From Candidatus Latescibacterota bacterium (lineage in GTDB: Bacteria > Latescibacterota > UBA2968 > UBA8231), in NCBI GenBank assembly GCA_965204725.1, contig OZ242005.1, positions 3,200,001-3,264,000 of the forward strand: DNA of 64,000 bases, given 5' to 3'. Positions 18,868 to 28,685 of this stretch are shown here, piece by piece; the stretch's first letter is position 1, and the number at the start of each line of letters is the position of its first letter. Under the pieces are notes generated by a model that saw only the letters and a list, made by a program, of their open reading frames with translations, was not told where the DNA came from and made no database searches. Made by a program: the position numbers and the translations under genes.

Positions 18868-19688
18868 TGCTGATGAGCAGACTGAAACAACTACACGCAA
18901 TTTGCGCGAACCCGCTCGTCGTCCGGGACCTCGCCGGTGCGTTGGGGCGCGGCGCGTTTGGCGTGGCGCGGCGCATGGCGTACACCGCGGTGCGCTCGCC
19001 GGACCTGACGGCGGAAAAGGTCGTCTCCCGAAAATACCGCTGCCTCTGGCTTTGCAATCCCAAGGTGGCGTCGCGGAGCATCATAGCGGTGCTGCGCGAT
19101 GCAGACCCCGATGCTGAAATCATTGAAGGCGCGAGCGTCGCCCAAGTGTACGCCATGTACCCAGCCGTGAAGGATTACTTCAGTTTCGCGTTCATCCGGC
19201 ATCCTTTTGACCGGGCACTTTCGCTGTATGCGGAAATGCGCTTCTTCCGCACGCGCTTTGACGGAGCGAATCGTTGCCGCAAAGAGGAGCGCCAACGGTT
19301 CCTCGCCAACGCGTTCTTTGGGCTGGCGGAGGTGAAGAGCTTCGACGACTACTGCCGCTGGCTGAACACGCCTTACGGTTCGGATGCGTTCGCGAACTGC
19401 CACTTTCTGTCCCAGCATCGGCAAATATGCCTTTTAGATGACCGCCGGCCCGATTTCATTGGCCGCCTCGAGAACATAGCCCGCGACTTGGAGCGAGTCG
19501 CCGAGCACTTGGGGATGCCGCTGCCGACGCTGCCGATGCTGAACACGATGGCGGGATGGCAACCGCGGTCGCCGCAAGCGTTGCAAGCCGCCCGGGCGGA
19601 GATGAGCGCGCTCTTGACCGAGCAGAACAGGGCGTTGCTCAGCAAGCGGTATGCGGGCGATTTGGAACTGGGGGGCTATTCGCCGTGA
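18867..19688 (+). CDS. Sulfotransferase family 2 protein
   Basis: 5'-PSB motif NPKVASRSI; 3'-PB motif FIRHPFDRALSLY; HFLSQ; DFIGRLE; YAGDLE. Confidence 0.88.
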   Translation: MLMSRLKQLHAICANPLVVRDLAGALGRGAFGVARRMAYTAVRSPDLTAEKVVSRKYRCLWLCNPKVASRSIIAVLRDADPDAEIIEGASVAQVYAMYPAVKDYFSFAFIRHPFDRALSLYAEMRFFRTRFDGANRCRKEERQRFLANAFFGLAEVKSFDDYCRWLNTPYGSDAFANCHFLSQHRQICLLDDRRPDFIGRLENIARDLERVAEHLGMPLPTLPMLNTMAGWQPRSPQALQAARAEMSALLTEQNRALLSKRYAGDLELGGYSP

Positions 19689-20479
19689 CTGGACGCGCAA
19701 AAAGCCCACCCCTGAAAACACTGGCCAAAAAGGTGCTCAGGCGGGTTCACCTGTATAAACAGGCCGCTCGCATGCACGGCCGGGTCCGCTTGGCCTTGCG
19801 CGATCTGCGCCGCATCGACAGCCGCATCGCGGCGCGCTACCTCGCGGAGGCGAGCGATCCCAAGCTCCACATCGGCTGCGGCGACAACCTGCTCGACGGC
19901 TGGCTAAACTCCGATCTGCACCCCCGCTCTAAAAGCGTTCTGCGGCTGGATGTGACGCGCCCGTTTCCCTTTGCGGACGACACCTTCACCCACGCTTACA
20001 GCGAGCATCTGCTCGGCTCGATTACCTTTCGCGCGACGATGGCCATGCTGAGCGAGTGCTTTCGCGTGCTCGCGCCGGGCGGCAAGCTGCGCATCACGAC
20101 CTTCGACTTGGCCTTTCTGATCGATCTGTACCGGCGGGAACGCTCTGAGCTGGAGGAGCAGTACCTCAAGTGGGCCGCCGATACTCGCTTGCAACGGCGC
20201 GAGGACAGCCCGCACCGCGCATTGCAGGAGCGAGCGAGCGGGCCGCTTGCGGAGACCGGCTTTTTGGTCAATCACACCCTGCATTCGGAGTGGGGTCTGT
20301 TCGTGTACGACGAGCCGATCTTGCGCTGTGTATTTGAGAGCGCCGGGTTCCAAAACGTAGTGAGGTGCGACCTGAACCAGAGCGAGGATGCCGCGCTTTG
20401 TGGCTTGGCCAACGAGGGGCGGCTGCCGGATGGCTTTCTACGGCTGGAATCCGTCACGCTCGAAGGAAGCAAGCCATGA
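19685..20479 (+). CDS. Class I SAM-dependent methyltransferase
   Basis: KLHIGCG, DVTRPFPF, YSEH, RVLAPGGKLRI; GTG start overlaps the upstream stop. Confidence 0.85.
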   Translation: MTGRAKSPPLKTLAKKVLRRVHLYKQAARMHGRVRLALRDLRRIDSRIAARYLAEASDPKLHIGCGDNLLDGWLNSDLHPRSKSVLRLDVTRPFPFADDTFTHAYSEHLLGSITFRATMAMLSECFRVLAPGGKLRITTFDLAFLIDLYRRERSELEEQYLKWAADTRLQRREDSPHRALQERASGPLAETGFLVNHTLHSEWGLFVYDEPILRCVFESAGFQNVVRCDLNQSEDAALCGLANEGRLPDGFLRLESVTLEGSKP

Positions 20480-22200
20480 GGTGGCACTGGATTGTGCTAG
20501 GTGCGGGGCTGGTCGGTTGGTTGCTCGTCGCCTACGGCTGGGTTCCGGTGCTGCTCGAAGCCGGGTATCGGCAGGAAAGCATCGACTCGATCAATGAACT
20601 CTTCCCCGGCCGGGCGAAAAACCCGTTTGCGAATTACCTCGACCGCTGGCACGAAATGGCGCGGCTGGGTACGCTCTGGTGCGTGGTCCTCGTCGGTGCC
20701 GGCCTGTTCGGGCGTCGGATCTGGATGAGCGTTCCGCGATTCTTTGAACGCACTGTCGGCGCTGCGACGCCTGGGACGCTCGGGGCGATCCGCGCTTGGA
20801 CGTGCGCCATCCTGTTCCTCGATACGCTTCGCTACGACTTGGCGAGTACGACGCTGCTTCCCGCCGAGATGATCCGGCCGATGGGCCTGATGCGCCTGAT
20901 GCACTGGCTGCCCCTCGGGTATGACGCCTTCCTCGCGGCCCCGATGGCACTCTGGGCGTTCCAGTACGGCACGATGCTGCTGCTCCTATTCGGCGTCCTC
21001 GGACTGGGTACGCGGATTGTCGTGCCAGCCGCCGCGATCTGCCACCTCATGGTGGGCGGGATCGGGCGGGAGTATTCGTTTTTCTATCACGGCGGCCTAA
21101 TCCCGTGGTACGTGCTGGTCGTGCTCGCCTTTACCCGCTGCGACCAAGGCTGGTCCATCGACCGGCTCTGGCGCGTCGCCCGCCGACGCCCTGTGCCGCC
21201 AGTGAATCAGCCCACCGCGGAGTGCGGCTGGGCGCGGTATGCAGTGTGGACGACCATTGCCATGCCGTACGTGATGGCTGGTTGCAGCAAGCTATACGAC
21301 TCGGGTCTAGGGTGGGTCGCGGCCGACAACGTGCGCGCCCATCTGCTGCGGCCCAACTTAAAGATGCCGTACGAGGACAGCAACGTATTGGACTCCATCT
21401 TGCAGGCCCCGGACCTCCTAATCGTCCTGCAGGGCGTGGTTGCGATAGGCACGGAGCTGGCCTTCGGCCTCGTGCTGGTGTCCCGGCGCGCCCGCTTGGT
21501 GCTGCCCGCCATGATGGTGCTGGTCCACATCGGGATCGCGGTCTTACAGAAGATCGTATTCCCCGATCTAATAATGCTGCTGTTGGTGTTCTACGACTGG
21601 CGGCCGTTGGGCCGGGCCGTGAGGCGATGGTTCCCGGCCCCGGTGCGAATGGAGTGCTCGCTCCCCCCAAGCGACGCTGCACCCACGCACCGACGAGGCG
21701 CGCTTGTCGTCCTGGTGATCGCGGCAGTGGCCGCGTCCGTCTGGACCGCCGGCCTCAGCTTCTATCCGCTCACGCCGTTGGACATGTTCAGCAAGCCGGA
21801 GTCGCCGCCCGGCATCGTCGAATACGAGCGAGTGGTCGTCTATTGGGAGGACGGCACCAGCGAGGAGGCCCCGCTTGATGAGTGGTGCCGGTTGACGCCT
21901 ACATTCAGGTTTTGGCCTGTTGAGGTTGCGTTCAAGCACCCGGCGGAGGTGACCCGCCGTCAAGACATCTCTTGGTCGTTTCGGCCGGTGCTCGAAGCGG
22001 CGTTTGAGGGCATGGAAAGGCGGGAGTTGGCCCGGAAGTTCCTAGACGCTGTGGTTCACGCGGCAGACTTACAGACCAAGACGCCGCGCCCGCTGCGCTT
22101 GGAGGTCCAGCTTTGGCGCTGGGATTTTGCCAACGACCCAGACAACCCCGACCGCGGCGTCTTGGTGGACCGATATGTCCACGCCATCAGCCCTTCTTAG
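20476..22200 (+). CDS. HTTM-like (vitamin K-dependent carboxylase-like) membrane protein
   Basis: Multi-TM; LG..R, WSIDR, Y..AG.SKL..SG.GW, EL, HIGI and YPLTP..MFS motifs. Confidence 0.65.
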   Translation: MRWHWIVLGAGLVGWLLVAYGWVPVLLEAGYRQESIDSINELFPGRAKNPFANYLDRWHEMARLGTLWCVVLVGAGLFGRRIWMSVPRFFERTVGAATPGTLGAIRAWTCAILFLDTLRYDLASTTLLPAEMIRPMGLMRLMHWLPLGYDAFLAAPMALWAFQYGTMLLLLFGVLGLGTRIVVPAAAICHLMVGGIGREYSFFYHGGLIPWYVLVVLAFTRCDQGWSIDRLWRVARRRPVPPVNQPTAECGWARYAVWTTIAMPYVMAGCSKLYDSGLGWVAADNVRAHLLRPNLKMPYEDSNVLDSILQAPDLLIVLQGVVAIGTELAFGLVLVSRRARLVLPAMMVLVHIGIAVLQKIVFPDLIMLLLVFYDWRPLGRAVRRWFPAPVRMECSLPPSDAAPTHRRGALVVLVIAAVAASVWTAGLSFYPLTPLDMFSKPESPPGIVEYERVVVYWEDGTSEEAPLDEWCRLTPTFRFWPVEVAFKHPAEVTRRQDISWSFRPVLEAAFEGMERRELARKFLDAVVHAADLQTKTPRPLRLEVQLWRWDFANDPDNPDRGVLVDRYVHAISPS

Positions 22201-22204
22201 CCCA

Positions 22205-23755
22205 ATGAATTCCGTTTGGTATAACGACTGGCGGCAGGTCGAGGTGACGCCGCTTGATGCGTTCGCGCCCACTCGGCCCGTCAGCGTGGTAATCCCGTAC
22301 TACCAGACGACCGCCGACCCGTACTACCAAAAGTCCGCCGCGACGCTGGCGCGGACCCTCGCGACGCTCGAAGGCCAAACCTACCCGAGGGAGATGTTTG
22401 AGGTGATCCTCGTTGACGACGGCTCTGAGCCGCCGCTGAAGCGGCCTCCCTCGACGAGGCTTGACGTGAAGGTCATACGGCGGGAGCGGCGCGTATTCGG
22501 GCGTGCCTTGATGCGCGCCACCCACAGTCAGGCGATGAACGCCGGCGCTCGGGCCGCGACCCACGACATCTTGCTCTTCCTCAACAGCGTCATGCTGGTC
22601 GAGGCGAACTGGATGGCGGCGCACGCCCGCTGGCACCACGCTATCTCCGACGCCCTGACCGTGGGGATTCGCGCCTACGTAGATGTGAACGGCCTCGACG
22701 CGGCGACCATTCGGCAGCGGCCCGGATCGCTGAACGAACTGCTTGCAGGCCGGCCGATGGACCCGCCCTTGTACGAAGGCTACATGGCCAAAACCAACGA
22801 TCTGACTTCGCGGGCCGATGATCCATTTCAGGTGGTGGTCGGGGGAAACTTGGGGATGAGCAAGGGGTTTTACTGGTCGGTGGGTGGGGCCGACGAATCG
22901 TTCACGTACTGGGGATTAGAGGATGTCGAACTCGGCTACCGGGCTTATACGCACGGCGGGCTGCTGGTGCCCGTCCGGGACTCCTTGTCCTATCGCCAAG
23001 GCCGCTGGAATGAGGACCGCGACGCCAAGCACCGCAGTACTCAAATCCAAGAGGGAATAGCGGCTCACCGGATCGCCCACCCTTGGTACCGCGGCAACCG
23101 GCCCGGTCGAATTTTCGCGGTGCCCCAGTACGTGGTGACCGTCGATGGGGGGCGATGCCCGGTCGGCCAAATAGTCCGGGTGGTCGGCAACATCCTGACT
23201 GACCGCGTACGCGATCTGCTAGTGCGAATCGAAATGCAGGCGAGCGACGACGATGAAGAGCGGCTGGCCCGGCTCCAAGCGGAGTTTGGCCCGGACCCGC
23301 GCGTACGTGTCGCGCCCACGCCCACCGCCCTCGACGAATTCCCCGCGTCGCCGTTCCACGTCACCCTGCCCGCGGCCGTGGTCGCCAAGGACTTGGTGCA
23401 TCGGCTGCGGTCCAAGCTCGGAGACGCGGTTCACGCGGCATCGGTGCTCCCCGACGGGTCGGGCAGGGTATCGATCACCCGGTCGTGGGCACTCCATCGG
23501 GCGCGGCGCACCGGAAAAAGGGTCGCCGACTTCGGCGAAGCGCGGGCGATACCCGCCGCCGCGTTAAAGATCGCGGTCGCTGACCCGGCCGAGGATGTGG
23601 CCCGCGTCGGTAGAGCGGAGGCCGTGAACCACTCAGCCCAGTGGAGACGCTTGCGCGCCCGGCTGGGGGCCATCACCCACCCCGGCGAGGTGGGGCCGTT
23701 CCTCAAGTGGCTGGCCGGTTCGGTTTGGCGGCGGGTCGGCGGGAGGCCGCGGTGA
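22205..23755 (+). CDS. GT2 glycosyltransferase-like protein (copy 3; DxD replaced by NSV)
   Basis: Full-length paralogue of copies 1 and 2; VDDGS and WGLEDVELGYR retained. Alternative start at 22175. Confidence 0.82.
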   Translation: MNSVWYNDWRQVEVTPLDAFAPTRPVSVVIPYYQTTADPYYQKSAATLARTLATLEGQTYPREMFEVILVDDGSEPPLKRPPSTRLDVKVIRRERRVFGRALMRATHSQAMNAGARAATHDILLFLNSVMLVEANWMAAHARWHHAISDALTVGIRAYVDVNGLDAATIRQRPGSLNELLAGRPMDPPLYEGYMAKTNDLTSRADDPFQVVVGGNLGMSKGFYWSVGGADESFTYWGLEDVELGYRAYTHGGLLVPVRDSLSYRQGRWNEDRDAKHRSTQIQEGIAAHRIAHPWYRGNRPGRIFAVPQYVVTVDGGRCPVGQIVRVVGNILTDRVRDLLVRIEMQASDDDEERLARLQAEFGPDPRVRVAPTPTALDEFPASPFHVTLPAAVVAKDLVHRLRSKLGDAVHAASVLPDGSGRVSITRSWALHRARRTGKRVADFGEARAIPAAALKIAVADPAEDVARVGRAEAVNHSAQWRRLRARLGAITHPGEVGPFLKWLAGSVWRRVGGRPR

Positions 23756-23759
23756 TCTC

Positions 23760-24824
23760 GTGGCTGTTTCAGGACGACGCGTTCTGAGAATGGGACTCAT
23801 GGGCAGAAAAACGACGTGGGACCTGCTTTATCGCAGCGGTCTCTCGGCCGCCATCGGCCATCGGTACGCCGGCATCGGCTCCATCTTCGCGTTCCACCGC
23901 GTCGTGCCCGAGGTGTCGGCCCATCTGAATGGAGAGCTGTATGTCAGCGTCCAATTCTTGGAAGACTGGCTGGCCGCGCTACACAAGGCCGGCGTCGAGG
24001 TGATTTCCATGAGCGACGCTGTCGAGCGCGTGGCCGATCCGGGCCGCCCTTCCTCCGGGCCGCCCTTCGTCGTCGTCACCTTTGACGACGGATACGCCGA
24101 CAACCTCGCGTATGCCCTGCCGGTATTGGAGCGGTATCAAGCACCGTTCACCGTGCATGTCACAACGGCGTTGGTGGAGGGCAGCGGCTACTTGTGGTGG
24201 CTCGGCCTAGAGCACGTGCTGCGGAGGAACGAGGCGGTTGAGGTTCCGCCGATGGAGAGACGGTTCACGGCCGCGTCTATCGAGGAAAAGGCGTACGCCA
24301 TCGCGCAAGTGGAGCGTTGGGTCTGGGCGGATGTCGCGCAGCGTGCGCCGATGCTGCGCGAGGTGTTCAAACGGTACGGCGTGTCCCTGAGCGCAGTGAC
24401 GAAGGAGGCCGGATTGTCGAGGGAGCAGTTGCGCGAACTCGGCGGTCACCCTTTGGCGACCATCGGCGGTCATACTACCGACCACCCCGATTTGACGAGC
24501 CTCAGCCCATTGCAGGCGTCCCGTGAAATGTCCGATAACAAGACCTTTCTCGAAAACCTCTGCGGGTGCCCGGTCGATCACTTTGCCTATCCCTACGGCG
24601 TTGGCGGAGCGCGGGAGGCGACCTTGGCTGGGAAAGCCGGTTTTAAGACAGCCGTCACCAACAAGCAGGGTTGTCTATTCCCGGACCATCGAGACCACCG
24701 CTTGTTGTTGCCGCGCCACCTATGCCTAGGTTCTAGAATGTGGTTGAGCTTCGCGCATGCCCAGCGGCACGGCGCACGGCATTTTATTGACAGCCGCGGC
24801 CGAGGTCCGGTGGTCGCGCTTTGA
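23760..24824 (+). CDS. Polysaccharide deacetylase (CE4/NodB)
   Basis: FHRV, TFDDGY, GGHTTDHP, FAYPYG. Confidence 0.9.
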   Translation: MAVSGRRVLRMGLMGRKTTWDLLYRSGLSAAIGHRYAGIGSIFAFHRVVPEVSAHLNGELYVSVQFLEDWLAALHKAGVEVISMSDAVERVADPGRPSSGPPFVVVTFDDGYADNLAYALPVLERYQAPFTVHVTTALVEGSGYLWWLGLEHVLRRNEAVEVPPMERRFTAASIEEKAYAIAQVERWVWADVAQRAPMLREVFKRYGVSLSAVTKEAGLSREQLRELGGHPLATIGGHTTDHPDLTSLSPLQASREMSDNKTFLENLCGCPVDHFAYPYGVGGAREATLAGKAGFKTAVTNKQGCLFPDHRDHRLLLPRHLCLGSRMWLSFAHAQRHGARHFIDSRGRGPVVAL

Positions 24825-26188
24825 TTCGCGTTCAGGTCAGGTCCCTAATTGCGTGGCTGCTCCCGGCTTCGGAGCAGCGCGTAGTGCGGCATGCTTTATG
24901 GATATACGCCATAAGGGCGGTACACATCTTGGGCGGCTTGGTGACGCTACCCCTATCCGTCCGGATCCTCGGCGCGGAAGGATTTGGCGTCCTGACCGTC
25001 ATCATCGCCGTTGCTCGCCTCATCTACGGACTGGCTTCTACGTCGGGCGGCGAAGTCATTACAACTTTCGTGATGCGGAGCGTGGCCGAAGGCCGGTCTG
25101 AGGCCGCGTCCATATTTCGTTTTGCCCTAATCGCCTCTGTGGGGCTGAGTTTTGTTGCCTACGCCGTCATTGCCGTCCTGACCTTCACGGCCGGTAGCCT
25201 GCTGGAGATTGACCCAGCATACCGACACCTAATGCTCCTGTATGGCATGGTCGGCCTCTTGACGGCTGTGAATAGAGAATCGCAGGCAGTGCTGCGCTTG
25301 GCCGACCGCCTGCAACTCGGACTGGGCGTCATCGTAGTCGTTACTTTGGGTCGGATCGGCCTCCTTGTGGCGGTATGGCTGACCGGGGGCGGGATCATGG
25401 AGGTCGTTTTGGTATATGTCGCCGTGTCGGCCGTGAACGGGTTGGGGATGTTCGCCGTTGCTACGGCGTCGGCACCGCGGGCCGGCTTGGCCGGCTTCTG
25501 GCGCTCGACGTCGATCAAAGTCCCGCCGGAAGTGGTGCGGTTCTACGCTGGAAGGTACTGGGAGGCAGGCATCAATACGGTGTTGATGAATAATCTGGAT
25601 GTCCTCTTGCTGGCGCGGTTCGCGGACTCGGCCGACGTGGGGCTGTACGGCGCGGCGCGGCGGCTCGTGAACATGGTACGAGATTCAATCGTGCCGGTAC
25701 GCGCCGGGGCGACGCTTGAGTACAGCCGACTGTGGTACTCGGAACGGGGCGCAGAGCTGCGCCGCGTCGTGCTCAGCACCACCGTCTTGTCATGCGCGTT
25801 GTTCGCCGCTGGATTCGGGCTGCTGGCCCTCTTTCGAGAGCCGATCATTCGACTTTTCTTAGGCGGTGAGTTCGCCGGCGTGGCCCCGCTGCTGCTGATT
25901 TCGATTCTGGGGACGCTCAACATCGCCCCCGCGTTTATATCGTTGCCGGCCGCGGTGGGGCGCGTTGGTCCGATCATCCTGTCGGCAACCGTGAGATTGG
26001 CCGTTTTTCTTGCCGCTATGCTGTGGATGGTGCCCGAACACGGCGCGGAGGGAATGGCTTGGGCCAGAACGATATCCGGCTTGGTCGGCCTCCTCATTAT
26101 CACCTCGTTTGCCATCTCGATACTGCGGCAGAGTTACCGGCTGCGCCACGACATTGAGCAGGCAACGACTCAGCAGCCCGGCACATAG
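24821..26188 (+). CDS. Wzx/MOP-family oligosaccharide flippase
   Basis: About 12-14 TM segments; LGAEGFG, D.LLL....SADVGLYGAA. Confidence 0.85.
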   Translation: MIRVQVRSLIAWLLPASEQRVVRHALWIYAIRAVHILGGLVTLPLSVRILGAEGFGVLTVIIAVARLIYGLASTSGGEVITTFVMRSVAEGRSEAASIFRFALIASVGLSFVAYAVIAVLTFTAGSLLEIDPAYRHLMLLYGMVGLLTAVNRESQAVLRLADRLQLGLGVIVVVTLGRIGLLVAVWLTGGGIMEVVLVYVAVSAVNGLGMFAVATASAPRAGLAGFWRSTSIKVPPEVVRFYAGRYWEAGINTVLMNNLDVLLLARFADSADVGLYGAARRLVNMVRDSIVPVRAGATLEYSRLWYSERGAELRRVVLSTTVLSCALFAAGFGLLALFREPIIRLFLGGEFAGVAPLLLISILGTLNIAPAFISLPAAVGRVGPIILSATVRLAVFLAAMLWMVPEHGAEGMAWARTISGLVGLLIITSFAISILRQSYRLRHDIEQATTQQPGT

Positions 26189-26223
26189 CAAGGCCGATAC
26201 GGCCAGCGAAACGAGGTTCAGTC

Positions 26224-27774
26224 ATGCAAGCTCGACGCAAACTACCCATCGGCATTCAAACCTTCCGCGAGATTCGCGAGGACAACTGCTACTACGTCGA
26301 TAAGACCGCCTTCATCCGGCGGCTGGTGGACGAAGGCAAGCACCACTTTCTCTCCCGTCCGCGTCGGTTCGGCAAGAGTCTCCTGATTGATACCCTCAAG
26401 GAACTGTTCGAGGGCAACGCGCCGCTGTTTGAGGGGTTGGCCATTTACGACCACTGGGACTGGTCGGTTCGCTACCCGGTCGTGCGGCTGAGCTTCGGCG
26501 GCGGCAACTTCAAGGAGCCGAACTACCTGCACACGAATCTGATGGCGCAATTGGACGCTGTCGAGCGCCGAACTCAGGTGGTTTCCGAATACGCTACGGG
26601 ACCAGAGCGTTTTGCCCATCTGCTTGAAGCGTTGCACGATCAGACTGGGCAGCCCGTCGCGGTGCTGGTCGATGAATACGACAAGCCCATTCTCGATGCG
26701 CTGGAGGAGCCGGCGGTCGCCCGCGCCAACCGCGACTTTTTGCGTGGGCTCTACGGCGTCATCAAGGATAGCGACGCGCATGTCAAGTTCACCTTGCTGA
26801 CTGGGGTGAGCAAATTCTCCAAGGTCAGCTTGTTTTCGGGGCTTAACAATCTCAGAGACATCACCCTAGACCCGCGCTATTCGGCTATCTGCGGCTACAC
26901 GGATGCGGACTTGGACCGGGTGTTCGCGCCGGAACTTCCCGGCTTGGATCGGGACGCGATTCGCGCTTGGTACAACGGCTACAACTGGCTGGGCGACGAG
27001 AAGGTGTACAACCCCTTCGACATCCTGCTGCTGTTCGATCACCGTCGGTTCGGTGCGTACTGGTTCGAGACGGGTACGCCGACGTTTCTGCTCGACATGC
27101 TGGTCGAGCGCGGCGTTGGTTCTTTGGCACTCGACGGGATGCGCGGCGGCGACGCGCTGCTTTCGACCTTCGACGTCGATCACATTGCGACCGAGGCGCT
27201 GCTGTTCCAAACCGGCTACCTGACCATCCAAGCCGAAGAAGACCGCGGCGGCCACCGCTTCTACCGCTTGGGCTATCCCAACCGCGAGGTGCGGCAGAGC
27301 CTGAACGAGTGTCTGCTCAACCGCTTGGCCGAAGACCCCTCGCGCCAAGTCCAGCACAGCATCCGCTTATACGACCTGCTGCTGGTCAACGACTTCGCGG
27401 GCTTGGAGGAGCTATTGCAGGCGTTTTTCGCCGGCATTCCCTACCAGTGGCATATCAAAAACAACATCGCCGACTACGAGGGGTACTACGCCAGCGTGTT
27501 CTATTCGTACTTTGCGTCGTTGGGGTTGGACCTGACGGTGGAGGACAGCAGCAGTCGGGGTCGTTTGGACTTGGCGTTGGTATTCAACGGCCATGTGTAT
27601 CTGTTTGAGTTCAAGGTGGAGGAGGCCGCTTCGTCTGGTGCGGGTTTGGCTCAGTTGCGGGATCGGGGGTATTCGGCCAAGTATGGCGGTTTGGGCTGGC
27701 CAATTTACCTGATTGGGGTGTCGTTCAGCAAGACGACCCGCAACGTGGCCGCCTTTGAGGTGGAGCAGGCGTGA
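26224..27774 (+). CDS. AAA-ATPase-like + PD-(D/E)XK nuclease (DUF1703/PDDEXK_9 type), copy 1
   Basis: LPIGIQTF, YYVDKT, Walker A RPRRFGKS, Walker B LVDEYDKP, C-terminal GRLDL...YLFEFK. Confidence 0.9.
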   Translation: MQARRKLPIGIQTFREIREDNCYYVDKTAFIRRLVDEGKHHFLSRPRRFGKSLLIDTLKELFEGNAPLFEGLAIYDHWDWSVRYPVVRLSFGGGNFKEPNYLHTNLMAQLDAVERRTQVVSEYATGPERFAHLLEALHDQTGQPVAVLVDEYDKPILDALEEPAVARANRDFLRGLYGVIKDSDAHVKFTLLTGVSKFSKVSLFSGLNNLRDITLDPRYSAICGYTDADLDRVFAPELPGLDRDAIRAWYNGYNWLGDEKVYNPFDILLLFDHRRFGAYWFETGTPTFLLDMLVERGVGSLALDGMRGGDALLSTFDVDHIATEALLFQTGYLTIQAEEDRGGHRFYRLGYPNREVRQSLNECLLNRLAEDPSRQVQHSIRLYDLLLVNDFAGLEELLQAFFAGIPYQWHIKNNIADYEGYYASVFYSYFASLGLDLTVEDSSSRGRLDLALVFNGHVYLFEFKVEEAASSGAGLAQLRDRGYSAKYGGLGWPIYLIGVSFSKTTRNVAAFEVEQA

Positions 27775-27832
27775 GGCGCGAACCGCTCGAAACGGCCGTC
27801 ATTCATTTTTTAACCCAACGAGGAGATTACCC

Positions 27833-28582
27833 ATGGACCAACCGAACAACGAGTACGACGCTATTGCGGAAGCCTATAAAGCCTCCAAACAACTGTCCTT
27901 TCGGAAGTACATTGAGGAATATACGCTCTTTGCGATCTTGGGCGATATTCGCGGGGCAACGGTCTTGGACTTGGCCTGTGGCGAGGGGTTTTACACCCGC
28001 AAGCTCAAGCACGCCGGGGCGCGAGCCATCACCGGCGTCGATATTTCCGCGAAAATGGTCGAGTTGGCCAAACGCGAAGAACGCAGCCGGCCCTTGGGCT
28101 GCAAGTACCTGCAGCAGGACGTGGCCGAGCTCGAACTGGCTGAACAGGTCAATCTCGTGGTGGCCATGTATCTGTTGAACTACGCCAAGACGCGTGCGGA
28201 ACTGCTCCGCTTGGTCGAGGTGGCATACAAGGGCCTGCAACCGGGGGGCCGCTTTGTCGGGTTCAACGACAATGTCCAGCATGTTCCCACCGGCCTCCAG
28301 TCTTTTGCCCAATACGGATTTGCCAAAGAATGCACCGCAGCTCCTCGCGAAGGCGATGCCATTGTGTATAGAATGACCAATGAGGATGGTACGCAGTTTG
28401 CGTTTGAGAATTACTTTCTCAAACCAGAGACGTATCAATGGGCCTTTCAAAAAGCGGGGTTTGTCGATTTTCAATGGGTCGGTCCCCATTTGCATCCCTC
28501 TCAGCAGCGCGATCCGTTTTGGGATGCCTTTATGGCGCGTCCCCCAATAATCGGCTTTAGCGCGTCGAAGCCCATAGGCTGA
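27833..28582 (+). CDS. Class I SAM methyltransferase, ToxA-like small-molecule type
   Basis: YD.I..., VLDLACGEG, GVDIS.KM, YLLNYA, AGF..F.W, FWD.F; SD GAGGAG. Confidence 0.8.
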   Translation: MDQPNNEYDAIAEAYKASKQLSFRKYIEEYTLFAILGDIRGATVLDLACGEGFYTRKLKHAGARAITGVDISAKMVELAKREERSRPLGCKYLQQDVAELELAEQVNLVVAMYLLNYAKTRAELLRLVEVAYKGLQPGGRFVGFNDNVQHVPTGLQSFAQYGFAKECTAAPREGDAIVYRMTNEDGTQFAFENYFLKPETYQWAFQKAGFVDFQWVGPHLHPSQQRDPFWDAFMARPPIIGFSASKPIG

Positions 28583-28685
28583 CGGGAGTACGCCCCGAGC
28601 CGCTCGGTCACGCGAAGATAGATTCTCCAAAAAGAAAGGCGTATAATCGAGTCAACGCCGCCCTGTCAAGGAAGGAGGTTCAGCC

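Noticed and set aside
27833-28582. Restriction-modification methylase partnering the nucleases
   Set aside because: It lacks DNA methyltransferase catalytic motifs and looks like a small-molecule methyltransferase.
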